Of a DNA stretch of 64,000 nucleotides, positions 9,093 through 19,700 are shown piece after piece (the first letter of the stretch is position 1; every line of letters begins with the position of its first letter). Source of the stretch: a virus; IMG/VR virus record IMGVR_UViG_3300035204_001874, positions 66,120-130,119 of that record. The stretch is one strand, 5' to 3'. Under the pieces are notes generated by a model that did no database searches, was not told the DNA's origin, and saw only the letters and a program-made list of their open reading frames with translations. The position numbers and the translations under genes are program-made.

Positions 9093-11506
9093 TCAATATT
9101 TAAAGAATTCGTATCATTATTATAAAATATAAGGGGCGTTTCTTCAAAAATACTGAAGGAATTAGTGAGGCTGCATTCAAGCCCCCTTCTATAATCGAGC
9201 TCTTTTTGTTGCCTAAGACCATTAAGCCAAACTAGCTCAGAAAATCCAGAAATTGGGTCTGATATACCATCAATTGGAGCCCAAGCTCCACCTGCGGTTA
9301 CGCAAGCAGATTCAGTTCCATATGTGTTGTTCCAAGTGTTGGTGGGCGTCCAAGTATTGGTGGGTGTCCAAGTTGCGTTAGCGTTTTCGCAATTTGATTT
9401 GTTGTTATAGTTAGTATTGCTACAGGAACCATCGTATTCTAGGCAGGTCGTTTTCGTGGAGTAATTAGTATTGCTACAGCTACCGTCAGTTTCGAAACAG
9501 GCTACCTCGGTTAAGTGTTGATTGTTACTACAGAAAGGGGCGATAGTGCAATTTTGGATAATCTCTTTAATTATCGAGGGTTTTTCTCCAGTATTTTGAG
9601 GCACGAAACACACTTCGGCGGTAAAAACGTCTTGCGGAACATTAAGGTTATTGACTATGCTGGTTGTCTGGTGACCCCATCCGGGTAGCCCTTCTCCGAA
9701 TAATACTAAAGCATCGCCAGTAAACTCTGTCCAAGTTTCGCTTGTCCAAGTCCCAGCGGGGGTTGCTCCTTCGCAAGTTGCTTTAGTGGTATATTGAGTA
9801 TCAGAGCAAGTTCCAGCATCTTCGCAATCTGTTTGGATGGAATATTGGCTATCGGAACAATAATCCCCCGTATGAATACCAGTTATATAACCGTGGTCCA
9901 CTCCGAATACCAACTTTTGTCCATTTATATATACATCCCTATCGTGAATTGAGGCAAATCCATTTTCTCCCGATATTCCAGTAATTGTGATGGTGTTGTT
10001 TCCTGTTTCTAAAAATTGGGGGCTATCAGGATACCACGTTTGACCAGCACCAACTGCCGCGTTGAATCTGTTTTCCTCCCAAAGGCCACTAAAATCAATG
10101 CATATTGATCTCGCATCAATTAAATCGTAAGTTATGTAAGAGTCTCCAGTTTGAAATCCGCTAAGGAAAAACTCTCCACCTGTTGGGTGAACAAAGTAAT
10201 CAAACTCATGAGAGGTGAGGCCCGTAGGGTACGATTTATCTCCAGAGGCTTGATTAAAAGCTCCATGATAATATAGTCTGACTTGATTCCCCTGTAGAGA
10301 TAGTCCTGAACCTGGTATCAGCCCTATGTCGGAACGTAAATCATCAAATGTATGTATTTCTATTTTTTCCCCGCTAATTAGCCCGTCTCGAAAGTTTAAA
10401 AAATATCTACTATATAGCTTTTGTTTTTCTTTATCGTAGTCTATACCACTTGTTATGATGTTGTATCCAGTCGTAAAACCTGAACCAGTTAGCAGAGCAA
10501 TTTTTGTCCCAATCTGTATTAGTCCTGTTACTCCAGATTGATATTCTAATGGGAAAGTTCCTACACCCGTAGAAGCGGGAGTTCCACCGACGAATACGCA
10601 ATTGCACCCACTGATACTTTCTTCTCCTTGGGAAAGCCCAGTTGCTTTTGTGAAGTAGCCAGTGGCAGTTACATAACCCGTTATCCCCGTGGTATAAATT
10701 GGAGTTTCGATTTTGCCTGTTACATAGGGTGTTGATTCAGTTACCGTTGTCGTTGTCGTGTTAATGCCTTCAGAAAACATGCAGTCACATTGATTTTTTA
10801 CATTCCCTCCACCAAAGTCTCCGCTTACCAAGGCTAGGTTACGTATGTGACCTTCGTATCCGGTATATTCCGTATTTTCATTACAGTTAAATCCACCGAT
10901 AAATAAAGCGTTTGAGTCATTAAGTTCGCTTTTGGGCAAGTTCAAAGAATGAATTGAAGCTGAGTGAAGATCGTTATAATAAATAGATACATTGTTTCTG
11001 CCTTGTGTTACTGCTACGACTGAATTTGCATTAACTTCATCAGACAAAGTTTGTATTTGGGCTTGTTGGTTACTGTTATTATATTGGATGTATAATCTAT
11101 TTGATTGATTGATGCCGACGTGAAAACCGGAAGGAGAATCTACAGTTTCCATGGTAGACATCAGAACTCTAGATACGTTATTTTCATCCCTGTAATTGCA
11201 GAAATCTGGGCTAATGTCCATAACCATTGACCAACCAGAAAACGGGAGAAGAAAACCAACTCTAACCACGTCTTCTCCAGCGAAATATCCTTCTCCAGTA
11301 ATGGGCCAATTAGTTTTTCCTACTGACAGTCCAAAAAGTTTATCAATATCGAGATTAGAGCCAACAAAATGATCAGCTACGCTGTATACTTGATTATAAA
11401 TGTAGTCATTCTCTCCGCTGTTAAACCCTAAAAACGACTTTACGTTTCCGGTCTCTTCGGAGACCAGTCTTAAGCAATCTAAATAATCTGAAAATTTAAC
11501 TGACAT
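9089..11506 (-). CDS. Tail protein with LamG/ConA-like N-terminal domain and Cys-rich modules
   Basis: Likely start is the ATG at 11506 (MSVKFS). WSMVMDI...FHVGINQSNRLYIQY...LFIGG...YEGHIRNLAL matches the LamG-type beta-sandwich pattern. Confidence 0.6.
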   Translation of the reverse strand: MSVKFSDYLDCLRLVSEETGNVKSFLGFNSGENDYIYNQVYSVADHFVGSNLDIDKLFGLSVGKTNWPITGEGYFAGEDVVRVGFLLPFSGWSMVMDISPDFCNYRDENNVSRVLMSTMETVDSPSGFHVGINQSNRLYIQYNNSNQQAQIQTLSDEVNANSVVAVTQGRNNVSIYYNDLHSASIHSLNLPKSELNDSNALFIGGFNCNENTEYTGYEGHIRNLALVSGDFGGGNVKNQCDCMFSEGINTTTTTVTESTPYVTGKIETPIYTTGITGYVTATGYFTKATGLSQGEESISGCNCVFVGGTPASTGVGTFPLEYQSGVTGLIQIGTKIALLTGSGFTTGYNIITSGIDYDKEKQKLYSRYFLNFRDGLISGEKIEIHTFDDLRSDIGLIPGSGLSLQGNQVRLYYHGAFNQASGDKSYPTGLTSHEFDYFVHPTGGEFFLSGFQTGDSYITYDLIDARSICIDFSGLWEENRFNAAVGAGQTWYPDSPQFLETGNNTITITGISGENGFASIHDRDVYINGQKLVFGVDHGYITGIHTGDYCSDSQYSIQTDCEDAGTCSDTQYTTKATCEGATPAGTWTSETWTEFTGDALVLFGEGLPGWGHQTTSIVNNLNVPQDVFTAEVCFVPQNTGEKPSIIKEIIQNCTIAPFCSNNQHLTEVACFETDGSCSNTNYSTKTTCLEYDGSCSNTNYNNKSNCENANATWTPTNTWTPTNTWNNTYGTESACVTAGGAWAPIDGISDPISGFSELVWLNGLRQQKELDYRRGLECSLTNSFSIFEETPLIFYNNDTNSLNIE

Positions 11507-11508
11507 AT

Positions 11509-14292
11509 TTACCATCCAAACTTATAACCTGGGTCTCTTAATTTAACTGACATATTTACATCAAAAATTTCAAAGGCTACTTCATCATATACTTCTTTTT
11601 GCCAATTTCTAACACCCTTGTTTTGGTCACTAGGGTCGTAAGTGAACTCTTTACTTCGAGACATTGTAAAGATAGATGTAAAATCACTATCTTCATCGGT
11701 GCGCCACGCATTCTTGTGGTCAGAAAAGAGTTGATATTCTACGGCTCTTAGCGTTTCATTTTGTAAATTATATAAAAGGGAATGTTCTCCCGCGTCATTG
11801 TCTGTCTGTTGGTGACTTGATCTAGCTGTTAATGTTCCATTAATGCTGATTTTGGCTTTAGCTTTAGTTTTGCAATTCAAATTTTGAAGCGCGAAAAGAC
11901 CTTCGACGTTAGCGGAGGGGATTATTTTGTAAGTGTCTATACTTTCGGTTACTTGAACGTTGTATTTTATAGGCGAAGCATTCCAATAAGTACGTGTACT
12001 GGCTGAGTGCCAATAACGAGTACCCTGCCAATCTTCGGTATCCTCTTGTTTGTGAGGGTAAGCCGAGCTTAATTGGTGATTTATGGGGTCTGGAGCCCAA
12101 GAGTGATGAACCCTGTCTTCGTCTGAAAAGGTTGCGGACAAAGAAAGAGTCCCTAAGCCTGTATTTTCGTTAACTTTTATTGATGTTATATAGAATCTAT
12201 TTGGATTAGCGAGAGAAGCTGCTCCTGCTTTATTATCCCAATCATAATCGTAGGTAGTCCAAACTCCTCCGGCGGCAGCGCATTCTCCAGCACTATGCAT
12301 TATGCCCTTTGGGATAGCTACAGAGCATTCCCCATGTCGCCCCCAAGCGTTAGGGTACAGATATTCTGCTTCTAATTCGCTTGTGAGTATTTCTTTGGTC
12401 AAATACGGTTCCCACATTCCCACTTCTTTTCCAACTGTATTTTTAAAATTTTGAAGAGCCGCTCTTTTTTCTGGCAAAGTTCCCCAAGTCTTAAATTCTC
12501 CATCAATGCTCCAAATTGATATGTCAGTTAAACCGTCCGTTGTGACGGAAACCTTGTTGTCAAAATATCCTGCAATCATATCTACGTCTTTAATTCCCGT
12601 GACATATGAGGCTTTATATGTAAGTGAAGTTGACGCGGGGTCATCTTCCAAAGTGAAAGATGTTCTAAAAATTAATGCTTCTGGAACGTTTAACGTATCT
12701 GAAATATACCGTTGGTCAGACTGAGAAACCTCTAAGTCATCCAACATGGTTTGCCTAACATGGTCTAATTCGAAATTTCTTTGCGCCTCATCCTCGTACC
12801 CGTTGCTCCCTTGGTATCTAAGTTCATATTTTATGGAGTTGTAATCGTTTGTGATGGATTCGTTAAGGTCTAACTTATGAGTCGTGACTACTGGCACCTT
12901 TGTCACGTTTAACCTTGGTCTACCGAACGCTTTATTTTCATATTTGTAATTTTTTGTAACAGAAAAAGTTCCAGCTAATCTATCTGAAGCTTCTGAGCTA
13001 TTAATTAGGACTGCGCTATTCGCGCTTTTAATGAATTCTGGATACGTTGGGGGCGAGCTAGTTATGGCGTGAATACGTTGTACAAAATTTACAGCGTTAT
13101 CATACGCATTGGTGTCTATAGTTTTAATTCCCTTTGCTGACGTTTTACGAACGAGAGAAACTGTTCCATCGTCGTTTTCAGTAAACGTACTTGAATCTGA
13201 AGGCTCGATGACGTTGTAGCCCCCCGCCCTCGAATCTAAAATGTCATAAGCCTTTAGTTTTACAGAATACTTAATAAGTCCATTTTCTGACCATTTATCT
13301 TCAGGGAAATCGATGCTTTCGATCATTACTGATGGATATGTTAAATAGTCCGCCCCATTATCTACGACTTTAAATTCCTGAAAATTGACCTTAAAAATAT
13401 CAACAAAAGCTTGCCAATTCTCTGTTTTGACGTGCGCTCCACCAGCCTTTGCATCGGCCACTAGTTCTGACCTCATGGTATCTAATACTGCATTCATGTG
13501 ATCTATTTGTTCCGTTGTAAACTCATCTGAGCACCAGGAATAGTTCATGTAGTTGTTAATGGGCACAAGGTTCACCCCGTCGTCAGACAACGGAGGATTA
13601 GCGCAATCGTCCCACGTACTCGTATGAGGAGGTGTGTCTGCAAACTGGTCTGGTTGAAATGTATGAAATAGCCCCAGATAATGACCTATTTCGTGAACAA
13701 GAGTTGCAGGGTCAATATTTGCTCCTCGTGTCTGATAAATGTGAGATGAATTTAATATTACGCCATCAAAGGGATCAGGATTGGGGCCATTTGAATTTGC
13801 GTCTGGGAAAAAACCCATAGATGCACCACCATGAGCAGGAACAAACCACATATTAAAAAGTTTTGCCTGATTAGTTCCGGGAAGAATTGAATGAACTGTT
13901 CGTTCTACACCTGCATAATCTATCCCATTCGCTACTGTCACACTTGAATAGTCGTTCTGATCCCAAGCTAATTCAAATTTAACATTGTTGGCTATAAGTT
14001 CAGTATTTGCTGCGTCAAGTAAAGCTTGCAAAAAAGCTTTCGAAACATCCGATCCGCCTGGATTGCTGAGTGAGTGCGCTTCACCGTTATTCAAAAGATT
14101 CCAATGTACATTTATTGTTCTTGTATCAGCTACTTGTTGTATGGTCTTGCTATCGTATTCAGTAAGTGTCCCGTTTAAAGTGATAGACTCGTTCATCCCC
14201 CATCTGTCTCCATAGTCTATAGGGGTTTCACTTCTGGAAACGAAAGGTGTTCCAGGAAGCTCTATTCCATTATAATAAACATGCGTAGACAT
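11509..14292 (-). CDS. Tail protein containing a metzincin (M43/pappalysin-like) peptidase domain
   Basis: HEIGHYLGLFHTF (13657-13695) is HExxHxxGxxH, followed by the Met-turn NYMNYS and FTTEQI. Confidence 0.8.
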   Translation of the reverse strand: MSTHVYYNGIELPGTPFVSRSETPIDYGDRWGMNESITLNGTLTEYDSKTIQQVADTRTINVHWNLLNNGEAHSLSNPGGSDVSKAFLQALLDAANTELIANNVKFELAWDQNDYSSVTVANGIDYAGVERTVHSILPGTNQAKLFNMWFVPAHGGASMGFFPDANSNGPNPDPFDGVILNSSHIYQTRGANIDPATLVHEIGHYLGLFHTFQPDQFADTPPHTSTWDDCANPPLSDDGVNLVPINNYMNYSWCSDEFTTEQIDHMNAVLDTMRSELVADAKAGGAHVKTENWQAFVDIFKVNFQEFKVVDNGADYLTYPSVMIESIDFPEDKWSENGLIKYSVKLKAYDILDSRAGGYNVIEPSDSSTFTENDDGTVSLVRKTSAKGIKTIDTNAYDNAVNFVQRIHAITSSPPTYPEFIKSANSAVLINSSEASDRLAGTFSVTKNYKYENKAFGRPRLNVTKVPVVTTHKLDLNESITNDYNSIKYELRYQGSNGYEDEAQRNFELDHVRQTMLDDLEVSQSDQRYISDTLNVPEALIFRTSFTLEDDPASTSLTYKASYVTGIKDVDMIAGYFDNKVSVTTDGLTDISIWSIDGEFKTWGTLPEKRAALQNFKNTVGKEVGMWEPYLTKEILTSELEAEYLYPNAWGRHGECSVAIPKGIMHSAGECAAAGGVWTTYDYDWDNKAGAASLANPNRFYITSIKVNENTGLGTLSLSATFSDEDRVHHSWAPDPINHQLSSAYPHKQEDTEDWQGTRYWHSASTRTYWNASPIKYNVQVTESIDTYKIIPSANVEGLFALQNLNCKTKAKAKISINGTLTARSSHQQTDNDAGEHSLLYNLQNETLRAVEYQLFSDHKNAWRTDEDSDFTSIFTMSRSKEFTYDPSDQNKGVRNWQKEVYDEVAFEIFDVNMSVKLRDPGYKFGW

Positions 14293-14294
14293 TT

Positions 14295-16718
14295 TTACTC
14301 TCTATAGCTTAGATTTCTCGTGAATCTGGGTGATTGCTGTTTGTATCCATAGGTCATTTCTGCGGTTAAAGTAACATTATTAGTTGAGTCAAATACGTAT
14401 GATAAATTAGATAGGTGCCCAACGAACCTATGGCCCGCTGCTAACCTTGTATGAGTAAATACACTCAATAGTTGGCGTTTTGCTTCTCTCGCTAGAGCTT
14501 TTAGTTCGTCGATTGGAACATATGGTCCGCCTTCTTCTTCTATTTTATTAAAACTATGCTGCAATACATTCCATCTTTTCCTTGGTATTATAGCTGAAAG
14601 GGCTACGACTCTCTTCCCTAATTCAGTACTGTAACCGAAAGATAGTGCGCTGCTTTTTTCTGGGTTCCCCTGTGGTCCAGTTTCTCTGTCTACGATAACG
14701 TGTTCGGTGAATACGTTTTTAGGCCAAGTATCTGTTATTTTTGATTCAACTTTTTTGAAACAATCTATACACCCCGGTAAGCTTTTTACGTAGACCGGAT
14801 CATTCGTCCACTTTTTCTTTAGAGAGAACTCTTTGCCGTGAGTTGATGCTGATATCGTTTTAGATAATTCAGTCCACGTTTGGTTTGTGCTCCAAGTGGC
14901 TTGATCAGGGTGTATAAAAGTTACTGATCCTTCGCCACGATATCTGAAATACGAAGTAAAAATTTCTGAGTGAACTCTAGCTATACCGTCGTGATCTCCA
15001 TCTGCGGCAAACCCCCAAATATTCTCTTCAAATGGGAAGTAGATCGGCCAAGTAACAGCGGGAGCGTGACCAACCGCAGACATACCAGGAACAAGCTCAT
15101 CATAATATATTAATTCATCTATTATGCTTAGGTTATATTTGGAGTCTAGCCTTTGATCAATGTTCAACTTTTTGGGGTCAAAAAGTTTAAAAGTTAAATT
15201 GTAATCTATAGTAGAGACGTTTCTTTCGTCCACATCTAAGGTTATCGTATTTTCGACTGTATAAAATCCTCCCCAATCATTAATAAGCTTAGGCGCATTT
15301 GTAAATGCGGTGGTTATCGTTGCGGAATTGTTTGCCTCATCAATAGCAACAGTTGAGCTTATTGGTAGACGGTTTTCTGTATCAATTGCAGGATCAAGAA
15401 AATTGAGATATTGAGGAGTAAGTAATCCCGCTCCCGCCGCAGGTAAAGCAAAACCAGCAGCTTTCGAAGCGTAAAATTGTAATGTATTTTCGCATCTGTT
15501 AACGGCTTCGTTTCTTTCGTTTTGTATCCAGTCAGCAATTGAGTCATCATGACAAGCATAGTGACTATGCATTTCTAAATTTTCAGTTATTGTAACTATT
15601 CCGTTTTCGGCATAATCGATACTGTGTTTTATTTTTGTAGAGTAAGTCTTAGCGAGGTCTATATCTGTTAATATTTTTTGCTTCCTAGTAAAATTAAATT
15701 TATTAGTAAGCCAATCATGAGACTCCGAAAAACGACTATTACCCATCGGGACCATCCCTATGTCGGGCTGCGGTGCGTTAAAAAGTTTAAATTGATCTAC
15801 GAATACGATTTGTCCGAGGGCTGCGTAGTCCATTGAGTCAAAAAGTAGATCGGCAATGTTAGCAGCTACCCACTGAGGTAATATCGGAGTAAGTCCGGCC
15901 TGTCTAGTTTTTTTGTGATCACGAGAATCAGCTACGAATTCTCTCATGGTGCTGTCATTTATATCAACCGTACGAGCTTCTACATCCACGGTATGAGTTA
16001 GAGTTTTAATATGATTCTCATCTTCATCTATGGTTACACTTTCAGTTAACGAATTAATCCATTTTGCGTATGTCTGAAAAATTTCTTCGAGTTTGGCGTA
16101 ATTGGTTGGCCACGCGCCCGCTGTGGCTGGATCAAGCTCGGTGTGTTGTCCGTTTTTCCAAGTTCCCCCTGCTGTCGTGCAAGCTCCAGCGTTGCCTTGT
16201 GGCGCGGGAGTCCAAAGGTTCGGGGTCCAAGTTCCAGCAGCAGCTTCACAGTCAATCACATTGTCGAATGGGCCAAGCCCCACACCCAAGTTGCCACATT
16301 GACTCGTGTCTGTCTCGCAGCCGTCTTGATCATCGTTAAAGGCCGCGTTGAAACAAGTTCCATCGGGTGCGTCAAGGCAGTATCCTTCCCATAACACGTC
16401 GTCAGGTATACGCTTCCTAACTTCTACGGTAACCTTATATTTACCTACGCGAATCAATTCTTCTTTTGGGTCGGGAGAGTTGGGAAGTTCAATTGATTTT
16501 ACTTCTATGTCTGCTTTGTCTACAGCTAATTTTGCTGCTATTTGATTTTTAACAAAGAGACTAAGGGTTTCGTTGCCGGGCACAGCATTCTCCAAATCAG
16601 TAATGTAAGTTTCATAAGTGATAGTCTCCACATTCCTGTAGTTAAAGGCTTCCCCAAAGTATTCCCTTTTTAAAGAATACCCCAATAACCCATCAAGTAC
16701 TTCATTACCTATTGCCAT
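14295..16718 (-). CDS. Putative tail-tip protein immediately downstream of the TMP
   Basis: 807 aa, beta-rich, with a nested Cys module. Positional inference. Confidence 0.55.
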   Translation of the reverse strand: MAIGNEVLDGLLGYSLKREYFGEAFNYRNVETITYETYITDLENAVPGNETLSLFVKNQIAAKLAVDKADIEVKSIELPNSPDPKEELIRVGKYKVTVEVRKRIPDDVLWEGYCLDAPDGTCFNAAFNDDQDGCETDTSQCGNLGVGLGPFDNVIDCEAAAGTWTPNLWTPAPQGNAGACTTAGGTWKNGQHTELDPATAGAWPTNYAKLEEIFQTYAKWINSLTESVTIDEDENHIKTLTHTVDVEARTVDINDSTMREFVADSRDHKKTRQAGLTPILPQWVAANIADLLFDSMDYAALGQIVFVDQFKLFNAPQPDIGMVPMGNSRFSESHDWLTNKFNFTRKQKILTDIDLAKTYSTKIKHSIDYAENGIVTITENLEMHSHYACHDDSIADWIQNERNEAVNRCENTLQFYASKAAGFALPAAGAGLLTPQYLNFLDPAIDTENRLPISSTVAIDEANNSATITTAFTNAPKLINDWGGFYTVENTITLDVDERNVSTIDYNLTFKLFDPKKLNIDQRLDSKYNLSIIDELIYYDELVPGMSAVGHAPAVTWPIYFPFEENIWGFAADGDHDGIARVHSEIFTSYFRYRGEGSVTFIHPDQATWSTNQTWTELSKTISASTHGKEFSLKKKWTNDPVYVKSLPGCIDCFKKVESKITDTWPKNVFTEHVIVDRETGPQGNPEKSSALSFGYSTELGKRVVALSAIIPRKRWNVLQHSFNKIEEEGGPYVPIDELKALAREAKRQLLSVFTHTRLAAGHRFVGHLSNLSYVFDSTNNVTLTAEMTYGYKQQSPRFTRNLSYRE

Positions 16719-16739
16719 TTACCTTGTCCCTTTTATTAA

Positions 16740-19700
16740 TTACACCGCTCCTATATTATCTCCCCCATTACCGATTCCAGCTTCATTTACTGTTTTATTT
16801 ACTAAGTCCCTAAGTTTACTGTATTCTCCCGCTACTTGCGCCAAAACTTGGTCGGAAGCTTTACGCGCCTCTGTTTGGCTCACGCTTCCGTCAGATTGAA
16901 CTTTCAAATGTATTTCTCCCTTATTGATGAGGTCTAACGTTCCTGTGATTTCGGTCGTATCGCCGCCTTGTTTGTTAGCTGTTCCTTTTTCCTTTTCTTT
17001 ATCATCTAAGGCTTTATTGATCTTCTTAAGTACGGCAAGCAAGCTTTCGTTATCCTTGCTCTTGTCACCTTCGGTAGCGGCTTGTTTTTCCTTGGTAACA
17101 GCTTGTTCCCCTGCTTCATTAAGTTCTGTGACCGTGTTTGATTCGGGTCCGGCGAAAGGAGCCTTGGTATTCTTGATCGAGTCCGGCCAATTCATAACGT
17201 TGACTGAGGAACTTTGCCCCATCGTTATTCTTGATGCGGGATTAGGCTCGACTCCTGTTTCGGGGGTACTTCCCCAATCTTTATCTTTGGTTACAGGTGG
17301 GAAACGGCCGGGCAGTGCGTCTGTTTCGTCTGTTTCTACGGATGCGGTTTCTGTCGGTGCAGGTGTTGTGGTGGGGGGTGCAAAGGGGGTGGGTGGTACG
17401 TTCGGCCAATTCTTGATCGAGTCCGGCCAATTGGTGATTTCCACTTTCAATATTCCTTCTGTGGGCAAGCCTTTGGCATCAAGTACGGGTGGCCTTCCTC
17501 CTACGGGCAAGCCTGTGTTAGGATCAACTGTACGTGTAGATGGTTTTCTCCCGTCACCCCCGTCACCCATTTTTCTTCCCATTTGTTTGTCTATTCGCTT
17601 GAATCCTTTGCGGGTCTGATCGTCTGGCTTGTAATCTTCATCAGTCCCTACTTTTTTCCAAGTCTTGCCGCCATCAGTAGTTGTTGCTACTACTTTGCCA
17701 TTTATTGTTTTCTCACCTTTGCCAGTTTCTTTGTTAATGGATGAGACTAAACTGCTTCCGTCTTTACCATGTCCTCTCGCTTCCGTTCTTAACTCACCAG
17801 CATCTCCGCCTTTGGTTCCCGCTGCTGCACCCGCTTGACCTGCGGCACCTGCTCCTCCCATCGGGAAGGCTTGATTACTTCCTCCAGCCCCGCCGATTCC
17901 AGCATCATAACCTCCGCCAACATCGTAACCACCCATGCCTCTTCTACGAATTAATCGTCCACTTCCGGCCCTGAGAGATATCCCCTTACCGGGTTTGAAT
18001 TGTACTTTACCCGGCCAGTTGGTAACGAATACTGGCTGTACATCTTTTGCCATACCCATTCCCATTCCTCCGGCCACCTTCGCCATCAATCCAACCATTT
18101 GCGCTGGATTCATTCCTTCTTTTTCTTTTTTATCCATTTCGGCTTTTTGCTCTGGAGTTACGGCTCTCATTCTGCCGTCTGGACCCATTGCAAATTCTGT
18201 ATGCGCTGAACCTAACGCTTTTTGCGATTCTTTAAATTCCTTAGCTTCTTCTTCAGTATAGAATTGATTTTTAGCAACATTCATTCCGACGAATTCTGAT
18301 TTCATTTCTGCGCGTACTTGGCCCATAGCTTGTTGTCCGGTAGCTTCATCTATTTGCCCCCCCGCCATTTGCATTCTTATTTGCTGCTCTCTAGCCTTAA
18401 GCTCTTTGAATTTTTCTGCTCTTTGTTGAATTTTGATTTTGAGACCCTCGGTTGTCTTTAGAGCCTCTGTTCTTTCCTCTTGGCTAAGGACTTTTTCTGG
18501 AGCTACGTCTTGGAAGCCTTCTCTTATGGTGATGCCTTCGCCTCTCTCAGCTTTGCCCTTATCTTCTTCCAGTTGTCGTATATGAGCTTGACGACGTCTT
18601 TCGGTTTCAGTATCACCTTCACCCTTTACCCCTACGTCTTCGAAATCGTCTACATCTTTTCGGTATACCCTTGTTCCGTCTTCTCTGTATACCCCAACGG
18701 GTGCCCTTCCTCTTTTGCCTTCTTTTTCACCTATTGACTCATAATATCCTAATTGGGCTATGGCTTGCTGGTCTCCTTCGTCAGCCAGTTCCCGTAGTTG
18801 TTTCATGGATGAATACGCTTTGTCTTCTCCAACAATTTGAGACCTATAAGTCTCTTTACGTTCTTGAATTAATCGATTGTCTGCTCCAAATTGTTTTATA
18901 GCTTCTTCATCCATGTCGAAGCCGGATTTTTCAGCGTCTTTTTGCAATTTTGTCATTCTATTATTCCAGCTTTGCATTGCTGACTTCTTCTCATCCTCAT
19001 CTTCAATAGCCATGATATCGCCCCATTCAACTTGCATACCAAACGCTTTTGACCGCAAACTTTCCTTCTCATTTTCGGACGCGGACTTGAGTTCATTAAT
19101 CTCTTCGTCTATGCTGGCTATATACTCGCTCCTTACTGCCTCCTCTTCGCCTTCTCTTCCCAATTGACCAGCAAGCTGTTCCGCGCTCATGACTTCTTTT
19201 ACTCCACGATCACCCAAAGAGAGGGCTGCTCCCATTTCTCTTTCTTGTGCCGTGTAGCCTTGTTGGCCTATTTTTCCGGTCCTAGCTTGAGTGTCTTTTA
19301 TTCGTTTTTCAAGGTTTTGCTTCTGGACCTTCTCCTTATCTGTGAGTGTTTCTGTTTCTTCTTTGGTTTTTAGTTGCTGAAGTTCTTCCCTGTCTTTTGT
19401 AAACTGATCTCTTTGTTCTGTAGTTAGGCCAGTGGCACCAAGGAGTCTTCTTTCTTCTATTAGTTTTTTCTTTTTTTCTTTTTTCTCTGCCTCGAAATCC
19501 TCTTTTGATTGGCCTTCTTTTATCTTGCTCTCATCAACAGCTTTGATTGCAGTTTCAATTCTTTGTGCTTCGGTAAATCTTTCTTTTCTTCTTCCTATTA
19601 TTTTTTCTCTTTCTTCTTCTCTATCTGCGCTTGTCATGAACTCGGTTTTAGCGAGCGTCTCGTTACGCAGAACCATTCGTTGTCTTTCTGCTTGCTGTTG

